Positions 24,991 to 38,510 of a stretch of 64,000 nt of DNA are shown here, one piece after another. This DNA is from Lepidodermella squamata. Taxonomy: Eukaryota; Animalia; Gastrotricha. Each line of letters starts with the position of its first letter. Position 1 is the first letter of the stretch. The stretch covers positions 372,001-436,000 of the forward strand of contig JBLDXI010000031.1 of the NCBI GenBank assembly GCA_047495785.1, in the 5' to 3' direction. A program made the position numbers and the translations under genes. The notes below the pieces were generated by a model that was not told the origin of the DNA, made no database searches, and saw only the letters and a list, made by a program, of their open reading frames with translations.

Positions 24991-25785
24991 TTATCCTTTC
25001 GTGCATTTATCAACCGCGAACGATCCGAATGTTGCCGTGGCAGGGGAACTTGCGAATGTGACACCGCCGGCTCCCAGGGCAAGATTAGCGCAGCACTTGG
25101 CAAAGGAAGTGGCAGTGTATGTTCCGGTAGGAAGTGTATCTGCCTGTAAAAGAAATACTATCCATATAAAGAGCAATCTGCTCATTACTGAAAACGCACC
25201 GCTGTGCCTGATAATGCAATGCTGTTCGTCTCGCAGCTTGAAGGGAATCGCAAGCAATACCCACCGGTGCATACTTTGTAAGGCGCGGTATCGTAGGTAG
25301 TACCAGTAACGACGACGGCGCAATAAGACACGTAATTGGACGATGTTGCGTTGACCGGAATGGTATCATAGTAGGTTGTCGCAGAGGATCCACCAAGAGC
25401 TGCGCAGCAAAGATCGAACGAAGCTACCGCGACTGCCGGGCTGACTGCACTACCACCTAAGCCGCACGTTCCAGCTCTGGTGCAGTACTTCATGGTTTGG
25501 GTGACAGTAGCACCACTCCCTACTGTTGTGCCCTGGCAAACAGCATATGACGTCGACGTCTGGGAGAACAATACTTTCAAGACTTTCAAAAATATATCAT
25601 CTACGACTCACGGTTGGCGTCTGGCATGTCTGTGTCCCCAGAGCACAAGTGTTAGGCGCATAGCACGCCGTGTTCGCCGGGCAAACGCCAGTAGCGCAAT
25701 TCGTGCCAGCGACTGTTGTCGACGCTGGGCAGGCGAAAGCCGAGCTGGCGAGGCACGCCAATACCGAGGCGATAGTAACGAACAT
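24991..25785 (-). CDS. Secreted Cys/Thr/Ala-rich protein, ~228 aa, unknown family (paralog 1)
   Basis: Exons 25785-25612, 25559-25200, 25143-24991 with phase-0 GT-AG introns; signal peptide MFVTIASVLACLASSAFA; shares CPASTT, CATGVC, YCLRFPSSCETNSI and VDKC with paralog 2. Confidence 0.88.
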
Positions 25786-26047
25786 GTTGAATGGAAAGCT
25801 TGAGAAAATTCAAGTTGAAGTGCAAGGTGAACAATTGGAAGGCAACGCGGCTACTCTTAATACCGTACAAGTGGAGTGTCTCCCTACATAAGCAGTTGCA
25901 GACGTATACACGCAGTCCTGGACGACACAATTATCGCATCTCGTCAATTAGCGGACAGGACGACCTGGAGCTATAAAACTGGCAAACAGGAGAGAGACGA
26001 ATCAACTGCTAGCAATTTGCCTATTTCAGCCTTTACAACAAGCAAGT

Positions 26048-26808
26048 ATGCGCTATTTTGCTCTATTGATTGCGTCATGCCTCATTGACGCGTCTTTTGC
26101 CTGTCCTGCCTCTACGACCGCCTCTACAAATTGTGCGACAGGTGTTTGCCAATCGGGTCAATCGTGCCGAACCATTAACCAATGCGATACGAGTGGGCAG
26201 ACCTGCACAGACGTGAGTATTCTGGTCGGAGCTATTTAACATGTGTACAACTTCCCCCCTACGACAGAGTTTCATGGCGTGTCGTGTGGCTACTGTCGGC
26301 GGAACCAGCGTCGGTTTGACCGAAGCTAATGGCATCAGGTATTGCACGTACACCAAATCATGCGCCCTGGGTGGCAGCAGTATTGCGCAGACCTACAGCA
26401 GCTTCGACGCGTGCTGTTCGGGAATATCTGCTCAGATCTATGACGTTTTCACTATCAATTCCGGGCTAACGGTACAGGCCTGCCTCAGTCCCACAACGGC
26501 TGACACGACACCCTTCAAAGTCTGCGCTAGTGGCAGCAACCCTTACTGTTTGCGTTTCCCTTCGTCTTGCGAAACGAATTCCATCACCATCAGTGCAGCA
26601 ACGGTGAGATTTGATTTCTGATCCTCTTATCGATTAATACGCCTTGAAATCATCACAGCCCGACGTACTACCGACCACCGCTTTCCAGTTCAGCTCTTTT
26701 GCTCTGTGTTGTGCACGCATTGCCAAGGCAACGGCAACAAATGTTGTGACTTCGGCCACAACTGCAACGGCTGCCGGTTTCGGAGTCGACAAATGCCTTA
26801 AAGCTTAA
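26048..26808 (+). CDS. Secreted Cys/Thr/Ala-rich protein, ~216 aa, unknown family (paralog 2)
   Basis: Exons 26048-26212, 26268-26603, 26659-26808; equivalent intron positions to paralog 1; signal peptide; TATAAA near 25972. Confidence 0.88.
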
Positions 26809-28127
26809 AACAGCTAAGATCGAGAAATCTACTCGCTCTCGAAATTGAACTATTTTCATCCATTCGTAACTTCAATATTGTTGCTTCTCATAGCTCTGTA
26901 TCGCAGTTACGAATGTATTTGAATTTATTTCCCGCTTATCGAGAAATATGATATAATTAGCCGGATATGAAGAGTTAATATGTTGATTATGATAGGGTTA
27001 GCGACAATAAAATTGAGGTTAGCATTCGTCTGCTTTCGAGTCGCTATCACCATGGAAAGCGGCTAACTCAAAGGCTCAGTGTGCGACTTGCAGGAAAATC
27101 TCCCCCCCCCCCCTCTCTCTCCCCCTAGAAGAAAAACTCCGCACATGTTCATGCAAGATCTCTCAAGTTCAGGTCTACACACACGGTCATGGAATATATG
27201 TGCAAGATCACGGCAAATCATGCTCATTATCACGCGAGTTCATGGAGAGATCCTGCAAGATCTGACATAGATCTCTAATGAGCGTACGAGAAAGATGCAA
27301 GATCTTGCATGAACTCAGGTAGAAGATGTAAGTTCTGGCGGGGCCTCTACATACACTAAAGTCACTTGAAATGAATAAAAATGATGACTAAAATTTTGCT
27401 TCATGATTATGGTGAAAAATGCCTTTGGACTTGAGCAATTTTGACCGCAGGAGCAGAAAAAAGCAACTTTGTCGCCCGACTCAACCCGCTTTTCCACGTC
27501 GATGAATCGCATGCAGCCATATCAGCTCTCTCGGTTTATTGATTATTATCGAAAATTAAACAAAATGAATAGTTATTACTGAAAATAACAATAATAAATA
27601 TATAGAGGGCGGTGTAACTTTGACGCAGGAGGAGGCGCTAAGTTCAAAATACCCGAAAATGAAAAGTCCGCCTTAAAAAAACTGCGCTTTTCCTGTTTCC
27701 CGTTTCTGTTGTTTTGAAGCGTTTTTCATGCGGTTTTTCTGCAATAAAGTCGTTCCAATGTAATTTTTGAGTGTTTATGTTTAAATATAACACTTTTAAA
27801 CCGGGTTTTTGTCGCATCTAGATGGACATTCTGCAATGTTCATGGGGCATATTTGGAGGAGCTCGGCTGTTGATCTTATTTTGATATATCAATCATTTTT
27901 CTGCCATCATTGATATGCTAATTTACTAAACGTGATCTTTAGCTGCTGGCAAAGTCTTACTGCCATTCTCATTATTATCTTCGTATTTCCTCGTATCTCT
28001 AGACGTTGCTTAACCCATTAAAGCCCAACGGTCATGCTGTCCGATACAGATTCATCTTCGTCAACATCTTCGTCAACCAGCCAGCCGTCTGCTAATTCGT
28101 CCACATCAAGTGACGAAGATGTCTGTC

Positions 28128-30019
28128 GTCAAAATACCTTTCCAAGAGGGTTTACCGCCCGATTTCGAGGCCCTAGAGAGAGGAATTGGGGAACTAGCGG
28201 CTTTGAAGCCTAGGATCATGTTGTTTGAAATGACAATCTTCTCTCGAGTCGCATGCTGGCTGCATCGATATGGCATCTATGGCCCTAACTACGTCATCTT
28301 GATCACAACCGGAGGGTTATTTGAAGATAATGATTTTCTGAGGTTCATGCCTTGGTGTACCCCGCAAATGTTACGTGACGTTCTCCGAACCATCATTAGT
28401 TTCAGCTACTCGAATGTAATGAATAGTATGTCTGATGGCGGATTGTCTTACAAAGACTACACTGGCACGTCAGGCAAGGAATTCGAAGAAAATCTTAAAC
28501 TAATTGTTGAAAGCCCCGAGAAGCAGCCTGTTTGGTTCTTTTGGAGGTCATTTTGCTACGACAACGTCATAGCAGCTGGCTACGTCCTCAATGCGACTGA
28601 GACTGTTCTGAAATCGCGTAATCAGTCGCTTATTGACTGGACGATGCCGTCGCAAAGGTTTCAAAATAACGGGGGCGAGATTGTCGAAATTATGAAATCA
28701 ATTCTCGACAAAATGCAACTTCGCACGTTCCTGGGCGAGGTGACATTCGATCACAGAATGAGGTTCGCCTACTCACAGATCCAGGAAAGTGACACTGAAA
28801 AAAGTTATTCCAATCAACAGCTGCCGAGACTTGTTGCTATGCCTGTGGCTATTTACAACGTTGATGAGAACAACGCGAAATCTATTGAATTTGGACCACA
28901 CAATTTCATCTGGAAAACATGGAATGGAAAGGCGCCTGAAGATCGATTGAAAGTTGTACAGATTCAAAAACCAGTTTTAGACCAAGCATCATACGGAGCA
29001 CTGAAAGGCATCGGATGCATCGAATGTTTGCTTCTAATCGGTCTTCTTATTGGAACTATAAGGTCTATGCTACTTGAAGGGCGCAGAACTCGCGAAGCTA
29101 AGTGTTGTAGTTTGTCCATGATTTTCTCCGATTTGCTGCTTTTATGCAACGTCCTCTGCCAGCCTCAGGATTCGAATGAATCGACCTTATGTTCAACCTG
29201 CATGCTTTCTTATGCATTTCTCACGCTCGGTCTGTCAGGAATTTTCTTCAGTTTCATGGCGAATTTCGAATTGGTTGCAAAATCTGTCAAAATTGTCGCG
29301 AGTAGAGGAAGACTTCAGTCTTCTACAGCTAAAGAATTGCAAACTCGAGGGAGCAGTGTTTATTTCAGAGAGTCTTCGGCAATTGAAGCGAGGATATCGG
29401 TGATACCTGCCAACCAAGTTTCCAGCTTGAAGAGGAGGTTTCTCACATTAGGATTCGGCCAAACTGGGCTGTCTTCCATGCTACTTCTAGCTTGGTTTAT
29501 AGTTAGCCCGTTTGAAGTTAATGTCCGAACAGTGGACTATATTGAAGATCCTAGGAACCCTGCCCTGGCTTATCTCTACTTAAGGAAAGAATGCTCTATC
29601 GCAGGGAATCAAGTTGCCTATGGCATTGTCGGAGTTTTAGCCGCCATACCTTCAACATTCATCCTGAGGTCTTGCCAGCTCATTCTTGGACTTGATCGAG
29701 TAAGTTTTTAAATAAGTTACACTAAACCTTAATTAATCTCGTCCTTGATTAGACGAAGAGCTCTAGAAGCAAGTTGATGTCAAATTGTTTCTACGGCAGT
29801 GTCATACTAATTGGATGTGCCTGTCTGGTATGTGGCGCCATCTTTAGCGACGATCAAGCTCATCTTCGCATTTCGCTGTCCGCTTTCGTTCTGATTCTGC
29901 CGCTTATCAACTCAGCGCCGTTATTGCAAGAGCTTATAGGCGGGATGAAGAAAACTACTGAGTTACGTGAATCCGTTACGGCGTCGCGGCGCAGGACAAT
30001 TTCGTCGCGCTCAGTTTGA
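28128..30019 (+). pseudogene. 5'-truncated class C GPCR copy B2
   Basis: Same as 12943-14834; lacks exons 1-2 and the start of exon 3. Confidence 0.85.
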
Positions 30020-30675
30020 AAGGAGCCGCAATTATATATTATCATGGTGAATCATGTTAGGAGTAAGGATCTATTTTAGTGATGCATACGAAGACCATCC
30101 ATCAACGACCATACTTTAAAGATTGAAAGAAAGACCTGTAAAGCGAGTATACGACTTCGATGATTTTAAAGTTTTTGGACTATATGTTACCGACTCGCCA
30201 AGTAAATAAATTTGAAACATATCACACGACATCATACGATCTCATGGCGTAAAAATATAGACCTCTTTCCAGCGTAGAATCTATGAACGATTTCGCTCTT
30301 GATTTAGGAAATGTTTCAATGAGGAAACCGGGCAAAATGTGGAAGCAGCGGCTATAGCATCAGGTGCCGTTAAATGCGGAAACTTATCGATCGATAGTAA
30401 CAAATGAACAATGAACCATTCGAATTTCTTGAGTTGGCACTGACATGAATATCAAATTTAACACCCATCTGGTGACTAAATCTATTTGCTATAATTTTTC
30501 ATAGCATAGAAACATTGCATGATGCATTGGATAAGCTTGTTGGAATGGAAATATATTGGTTCATAGACGTTAGCCGCCTCCAAGTTTCCGACTGCTTTAT
30601 ATGTCTAATGTTTAGCAAAGCAACTTTGTCGAATTTGCGCTCCGTTTAAATTATTTAGAGTCTGCTTTGATAATA

Positions 30676-30926
30676 ATGTCAATAAGGATTATTACAGCCC
30701 TCAGCTTCATTTCAGTCATTGCTGGGGAATCAATTAAAAGAAAGGAACTTGTTGTATTATCGCTACATCCATTCGCGGGTTACGAGCCTCTAACCTTCCA
30801 ACACTGCCGCTCTGTCCAGCAAATGGTGGTTGACGATGTGAATAAATGCAGCGACATTCTACCCGAATATAAATTGACATTTGACTTCCGAAATGAAGGT
30901 GCGGCTGGAATGCTGGCTGTCCGAAG
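30676..30926 (+). pseudogene. Second copy of truncated GPCR gene C exon
   Basis: Duplicate of 15491-15741. Confidence 0.6.
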
Positions 30927-31866
30927 CTACGGCTGTGCTATTACGTGTGCTGTACATTCATGTGTACGCATATTGCATAGGCTAGTATACACGCGCGTAC
31001 ACGCTCGTACACGCGCATCTATGCGAATATAACTGTAAACAGTGCGCGGGTAAGGAGAGCCGCGCATTTGCCGCGGGTTATTCATAGTGCGCGAGTTCTG
31101 AAACACCCTGTACGAGGCGATCACGATTCGACATTTCAAACTGTAAGGTTATAAATGACGTCTAAAAGAGATGCAAAGAAAAAATACAACGTTAATTACA
31201 GGTAAGGTCCCTAGATCACAGATCTGAAATCAGATTTTAAAATTCAAGACTGTTTTGAGCAAGCTTGGCTAAGAACCTGGATTTTGGACGCTTTTTCACC
31301 TTAACAGGCGACGGGTGCTCTCGGATGCGTTGAACAAATTCCCGGGTATTTTCTTTTTCAAAATCTAAATGATAATATTTATTTACATTGATTTTCTTCA
31401 CTATAATGTATTATTTCAGCACTGGTTATTATTCATGTGAACTTTGATTAGCGGGGTTTTTTGAACGCATTCATTTACCGTTACTTGGAAACAGCTCAGC
31501 TGTTGTAGCTGATAACCTGCACTTCGCTATAACGATTAAGCTTGAAGCAGGGGGGATGGTTTAAATTTTTGGGGGCGCGACTTTTCGCGAAGAGAAGGTA
31601 AACCCCCTCATCCCCCCGCTATTTCCTACACTGCGTACTGCATTGGGGACAGTCTTACCGACTGTGACAAAAGGCCTGCTATTAGGGACAGGCATACCCA
31701 TAATCTTAGTCTGGATTTGCAGTGTCAAAGTCCACACATTTTTTGCTTCATGATGTGTGGTCGGGGCGGTGGGGTGGTCGATTAGGTCGGGAATTTTTTT
31801 ATCATCTAATAATTTCTCGTGAGCATTATTTCCCCATTATTTACTTATTTAAATATTCTTTTTTTC

Positions 31867-32936
31867 ATGACCAAAACGCGGAAAATCGCAGCAAAGGAAG
31901 CGGCAATTCAAGCCACAAAAGATGCGGCAATTCTTGAGGAGAAAGATCGCAATCGCAAGCAGAGCGATGCGCGGCGAAAGAGTGCGCGAGAAAACGAGAC
32001 AAGCACACGAAGAAAGGCCGCTCCTGTTGCTGAAGAGGTCGCGTTGAAGTTGCCGCGGGTAGCCAAACAGCGAAAAACTGGCGAAGCGGAAGGTGTTAGC
32101 GGCCAAGAAATGGAGGTGGAGCGTAATGGAGTTGAAGGCGGAGATGATCACGAGGTCGATGGTCATGATGATGGCCAGGATGGTGCCGTGGGTGATGCTG
32201 TTGTTGATGGCGAGGAAGATGCATCGGAAGATGACGAGGACAATGACGAGGATGAAGATGAGAGCGATGACGAGGATGACGACGGGGGTGATGGCGAGGA
32301 CGATAGCGAGGATGATGGCGAGGACGATGCTGATGAGCAACATGAGCCCGATGAACGTGAACCAATCGAGCCGACCCAATCGACTAAATCCAATCGAGCG
32401 GTTTCACGTGATATGCGCAAGAAGAGCGGTAAATCAGGCAATTCGTTTGCTCCAGGACCGTTGTTCTTCAGCGTCCCTGACAGCGACCGAGTCGATCTAG
32501 ATTCAAGTTATGCTTTCAAAATGTCATGGAACCATATACAAAATGTGGCGAGCAGCTATTCAAATTGTAAGCCTTTGTTTTGCTGTGTAAATTGTGTAAA
32601 ATAGTGTTTAATCTCACAGCTAAATCAACGAAGAGCAGAACCGAGTGGAGTCCCGATGAAAGAAATCGTATTCGGCATTGTTTCGCCTATGTTGTCAGGT
32701 CTGGGATAAAATTTGAAAGTGTTACAGCTAAAATGATCGAATTTTGGATGGCAAAGACACCAACAGATCGTGACCTCGATAAAGAGTTGGGTAGAACAAC
32801 TGGCGCCATTGCCCGTCAAATACCTGTGATCCACCGCCTTATAAGAGCGGGCGTGTTTCGTTTTCAGTGGGACGCTAAGGACAAGTTCCGTTTGTTCTAT
32901 AATGCTGATCGTGATGGTTATGAGGTTGACAAGTAA
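31867..32936 (+). CDS. Second copy of the acidic/Myb-like transposon ORF2
   Basis: Duplicate of 16682-17751, preceded by the left inverted repeat (31703-31735). Confidence 0.7.
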
Positions 32937-33103
32937 AGGTTACGCTGTGATCTTTTGCCTCCTGCCTATGATAAATCAAAGTTGAGGAAGAAATAAAGCT
33001 ACGTCGACAAAGATTAATGCGGAAATAAAATGATGACATGATGACATAGTTCAAACTTTTTATTTATCAAATGAAACACAGTTTCTAGGTACTTCAAATA
33101 TTT

Positions 33104-33355
33104 TCAAATCAGCTTCAAATTTTCCTTCATGTTTTCGATTTTCAAAATCTGGCACGGTTTGGAGTATTTGTTTGAAATTGAACAGTCCATCGTTCTGCGT
33201 CTTTTCTTGTTGCTCAACTCAATGCTCTCAGTGCAGAGTTTTGCCAAATCGACCCCTTTCTCCAGAAGCTCGTAAACTTGGCACCCGAGCAAATGAGCGT
33301 AAGAAGTAACTGGTCCAATAGTTCGATGCCATATCTTTTCGTAGCAGCTAGCCAT
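33104..33355 (-). pseudogene. C-terminal fragment of the RAG1-like transposase
   Basis: Duplicate of 17919-18170; upstream exons are absent. Confidence 0.8.
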
Positions 33356-33362
33356 AATTTTA

Positions 33363-34146
33363 CTTGGGACTAATACTGTATGGACTCGACACTGCTAGCA
33401 TCTCTCCATTAAAATCCTGCTGGACGCAAAAAACCGTCCGACGAATCGTGATCGTAAAGTCGTTCAAAAATCGCGAGAAAAAAATCGCAAAATGACGTTT
33501 ACGAGAACCTTTTTTACGCATGCGCCCATTACATTGGGAAGAATCGAAGTCTCGTCCTGTCGGTACCGTATCACACCTTACCTTTATTTCGGATTGCATT
33601 TAATTTTACATAGCCGAATTCTACATGAGAGGAACTTTGTAACGGTATAAACCATGACCTATTGGGTGCTGAATTTACTTAGCTAAATTGACGTTTCTAA
33701 CAGAATGAGGAAAAATTTCTAAAAATAGAACCGAATTATTTACGCTGATTCATTCAGAAAAAATACGAGAGAATATTCATGACTCATTGAATAATTTTTT
33801 GCCATTTTTTTATTTCCTCAAAAATGGCAATTTCTGTGTAAAATTCAAAGTAAAATCACAGCAAAGTCATAAAATTTTGAATTTGGCACTGTTGCAAAGA
33901 TCGTGACTTGAGCTATCGATATTCATAAAAATTAAGTCTGTATCTATCGGTATGACTTGCCCATACGGTACTCTCGTGAAACTTGTCCTGTTTTTGGCTT
34001 TGTAACGGGCGGATGCGTAAAAATGGTGCCTTTAATGCGTAAAAAACACATTTTTTCATGTGATTTTCTCGCATCAAAATTATTGATTTTTTTCCTGTCC
34101 AGCAGAAAAGTGGCTAGTGTCGAGTCCATACAGTATTAGTCCCAAG
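33363..34146. mobile_element. Copy of the 784-bp MITE (right TSD absent)
   Basis: Both TIRs present; left flank TAATTTTA, right flank gttttttc. Confidence 0.9.
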
Positions 34147-35591
34147 GTTTTTTCAGTATTTCAGATTAATGTACTTTTAACCCTTTCACTGTGGGGAGGA
34201 CGATTTCGGGATTTCGACTTGGACAGTCCGCAGTAATTCCAGATTGATGATGTTTTGATCGCCCTGTAGTATTACGTGTCAATGTTGACCACTAGAATTT
34301 GAAACAACCCGACATCGATCTCACACGATCATGAAACTAGGGTCATATTGAAATTCATAACTGGGATGTGCAATTTTTCAATTTAAAATTAAGTTAAATC
34401 CTCTTCATCATTCGGCATCATAAAATTCTGCAGTGGCCCTTTCACCTCTGCCATCCCAATATTTCTAATAAGAACTGACGACTGATGATGAAGTTGATCT
34501 TGCTTGCCCTTATTGCTCGGAATTACACAGAGCGTGATTTGCGCTCATTTGATAACAGTCGCGCGGAAAAAATGGAGGCAGTACTCGAAAATTTGCAAGG
34601 CGTCAGGATGAGAACATGAAAACTGACGTAAGAGTTAGAATACAAAGTGAGTGCTCGCACAACAGATTTTTTCGATTTTCGGCAGTGTAGACACGAACTT
34701 GGTCATTTTTCAATCTTTACTCAACAATTTACTTCAATTTAGGTAGAGTTAAATGGCGACCGCTGCGTAAACCTGAGTGAGTGTAGCAGAATTAGGAGAA
34801 GCGCAACGAGTTCTCAAAACCTGTGTAGCACCACCCGGTATTATGTAGCTAATCTGAATTACCGTAGCAAAATCTGAGTGAACGTAACAAGTCGAAAATG
34901 TATAATTAAAGATTATTTAAAATATTTATTTAAATTATTCTAGAATAACAGGATTGAATTGGGTAATTCTATTTCAATTGGACTGACTACCCAGCCCATT
35001 TTACAGATTACCGTGAAACATTTCTTTTGAATAGACCTCGAAAAACTAAACTTCCTCGAATAACTCGTGAGCCATCACCAGGTCGTAGCCACCTGCTTTA
35101 TCTCCACTCTGGCCACGCTTTACCGGTGTGAGTTTTATTGTAGCTGGACCTTGACCTTATATTTCGATTTTTCTGCCTTAAGAACTGCCGGGCGTGGCAG
35201 AAGACAGCAGATTATAGCAGATAGGAGCAGCCTAAATTCTGCATATAAAACCGTAAAAACATAAGCAGCATTGTCTATGCCAGATGCCAGATACGAGTTA
35301 CGAAATTTCTGCCTTCTTCGTCCATAATATGACAACTTTAATACCAAATTCAGTTTTGACAAAATTCCTACGTTCACCCTTATTTTTGCGACCGTCGCAA
35401 CGCCTGCCGTGTCATAGCACGCGGTTACACAGCGTATTAGATGAATGCGCGACGGCGTACGTTAAAGTGCTATTAAACACGCGTTTTCTGCTCCGTTCAC
35501 TCTCCAGGGCAACTCACTTTTCGGCTACGCTCGCTCAGCCAACCATTTAGGTGTCATTTAGTTTAGTTAACAATGTTTAGTTTTTCAAAGT

Positions 35592-38510
35592 TTAATCTTC
35601 GTGCCCAGAATGCACGTGAGGTTCTGGAGGCGGAGCAAAGTAAGGCACGATGCCAAAGAGGTAAAGCGGCACGCAGAAGTGCCATATCGCTTGAGCATAC
35701 CTATCGGCAAACAGTAAATGGATCTGAATTGTAACTAAAACTGTACTCACATTATTGTCTTATCAACTGGAAAATAGACAAGTAGGTGAGAGAAATTCGA
35801 TGAAGTATAAACGCTGATTTACCTGCTACGCAATAAACGAGCCATTTTCTTTTCAGCTCTCGCCTGTGGCATGCCGAATCCGCACAAGCTTCTCCATAAT
35901 TGGTGCTAGTTGCACTCGGCCGGATACCAATCTGAAGAGGCCAAAAAGTGAGTAAACGAAAGAGAAACTGAAAGATATATCACCTCAGATCTCCTCACAT
36001 TGCTGCTTCGACGATGATTTCTAGCTGAAGGTGACTCTTGCTCTTCAAAAGGCCCATCCTCATCGTCATCCAGTTCACCGTCTATAACCTGCCGCAAATG
36101 AAGCTCTCCATTTGCCATTGCTAAGATCGCAGACGCTGTACTTTTCCGCGAATCCACTCGAGACAGGTAGGGATGAGGCGCAGCTGGAGCTTCTTCGTCA
36201 TCGTAATACAGCTCATTCACTTCATTCGCTTGGTCCAACAATTGCTGCCGCCGGACGAGGGAAGACGACGAGCGAACTCTATGCCGAGACGCTAAGTTAG
36301 GCTGCAACTGCGACGGTCTTTTAGGTCTCCCCTCGGGCCGGAGGATTCGATAGTGACGCTGCTTTATATCGCTTGATAACTCAGTCTCGACAAAACCATC
36401 GACGATAAAATTATCGTTATCACCTTCAGATCTCGGGGATTGAAGCTGTTGTCGTAATTCGCCATCACTAGTTGACCATCGAACCTTTGATGGAGTTGGG
36501 TTGAGAGAAGCCGGGGAGAAGTGAAGTTTGACCGGCCCGACGTAGCCATCATCTGGCGGCTCGTCTTGGTCTTGCCTAGCTGCAGGAGGGCGTGATGAAT
36601 GTCTACCCCTTGGAGATTGGATGTTACTGGGACGCATAGAAAACTGGCTGTTACGACTGTCGTAATGCATTGAAGACGGCCAGGTCACGCTAAAGAAGCC
36701 AACAAACTGAAAAGAATCAGAGGATTGATCAAACCATTCCAGTGCTCTAACGCCCTACCATGGTGAGTACGGACGGTTCGCAATCAGGATGCATCGATGG
36801 AATTCGGAGAACAGCATACATCATGAAGAAGGTGACGAGAAGGGATACCACCAGGTTGCAGCTATTGGCCGTCATGTAAATCTGAAGTAAGGAAGTTGAG
36901 TCCGAGCTTTTAGGAATCTGAATAATCATCATTCTTGAATTTTCATCATCATTCTTTGAACGATGGACTTACGTGAACCGCAACGGAAGCTTGAGTTACG
37001 GATGTTCCGATGAAGAGACTGGTTAGTAGAGTCATTCGTCCAGGGTGTTCAACAGGGAGAGTGTGGGACAAGGTCTGAAGACACGCCAGAAGCAGTTGAG
37101 GAAACACGTAATACATGAAATAGTAACTAAGAGAGATCATTCATAAGCCAAAATGCTGTAAGGTAGAGCTTACTCTGATTTCCTTTCCAACAAGAAGATG
37201 AAAGCAATTGATGAGAAGTTGTAGCCATCGTAAAGAGTTATGCCCAGTTGAATTCTGTGGCCTGTTATCGCCCATTGGTGGTTAGTGTAGGTTCCTCGAA
37301 CGTCAACCGTATTTCCGCCACTAGAGTAAGGCCTAACTTGTAGCTGGTCGTAGTCATACTATCAATGAGACCAAAATTGATGAATTCATCATGAACAAAT
37401 CAATAAACTAACGATCCATGACTCAAGAAGAATTTCACAATGCTGCTTGTCGAAAGGGAAGTATTTGATGTGAAGATTGCACCTCGTAACAAGCCTAGAT
37501 TAAGATCAAAGATTTTAGAAAACTGAAAATTTGCATTTCTCCGAGTATTTACCGGCCAGATGGGTAATAGCCAACCTCGCCTAGGCTATCAACTTGAACA
37601 TGGGTTGTTTTATGCGTGAGACGAATCGTTTCAGGGCTGTTAACCACCTTGAAAGTCCCGACGCTTGATCATAAAATACAAATAAATGAAAATAAACAAA
37701 CCGTGATATCTGGAAGCCACACGAGATCTGTTGCTATGGCAACAACTTGCAAGTTGTTGAATTCGCTCGGTCGCCAGGTCAAAAACGCATCCGTCCATTT
37801 CTAAGAAAATAAAATGTAAACAATAATATCTCACATCCTCAATTATTTGTTAAAATTATAAATTTTTAAATAATTTTTAAATTTATCAGCAATCTCAGAA
37901 GAAATATTGATATTGATCTAATATTTCTCACCATTTTTATTGTTGCTACCATAACCATAGTCTGATCTCGCTCGACTAGCTCTTCAATCATGTTAACAGA
38001 AATCCCAACATCGACCATCATCGGCTGCGAAGAATTTATCAGTGGACGTATGTGCTTCAAATACGCACTGTTCGGCCCAATCAACTTCTGATGAAGGCGA
38101 AACTCCGCCGAATCACTCGCGCGGAATGAAATATCACTGGTAGTCGGCGGTGCTGTGCTTTGTTCCTTCTTAGATCGAGGATTCTCGAGTTGTTGATCGG
38201 TTATATCGACAAAATGGTAGTTCTTATCGGGTTTTGCTGGTGAAGTCGTCCAATATTCCTTTTTAAGCTGAACTGTGTCAACATTTTTGTTGTTTGAGGA
38301 AGCAACGCGAGGTTTGACAGGTTTGTAACTCTCTTGCGCACTCATAACTCGAATTCCGTCGACGTCTACCGCATCAAGGCTGACGGGCACTGGGGCGTTG
38401 ATGTTCAAGCGAGCCCTCGGACCGACAGGAACCAGCGAGTTTGTTTGCCCGGCCGCATATTGATCCAAGGCCGAGGTGAGGAAAGTCAGCAATGGAATTA
38501 GATATTCCAT
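35592..38510 (-). CDS. Cys-loop ligand-gated ion channel, divergent nAChR-like non-alpha subunit
   Basis: Signal peptide; RLHQKLI..Y.KHIRP, WTDAFLTW, VWLPDI, Cys-loop CNLHIKYFPFDKQHC; M1-M3 (YYFMYYVFP...LPVEHPGRMTL...IPKSSDS), long cytoplasmic loop, M4. Multi-exon; internal boundaries only partly resolved. Confidence 0.88.

Larger units (their letters stand above)
28128..34146 (+). repeat. 6,019-bp direct duplication, copy 2
   Basis: Matches 12943-18961; ends on the last base of the MITE TIR (cccaag). Confidence 0.97.
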
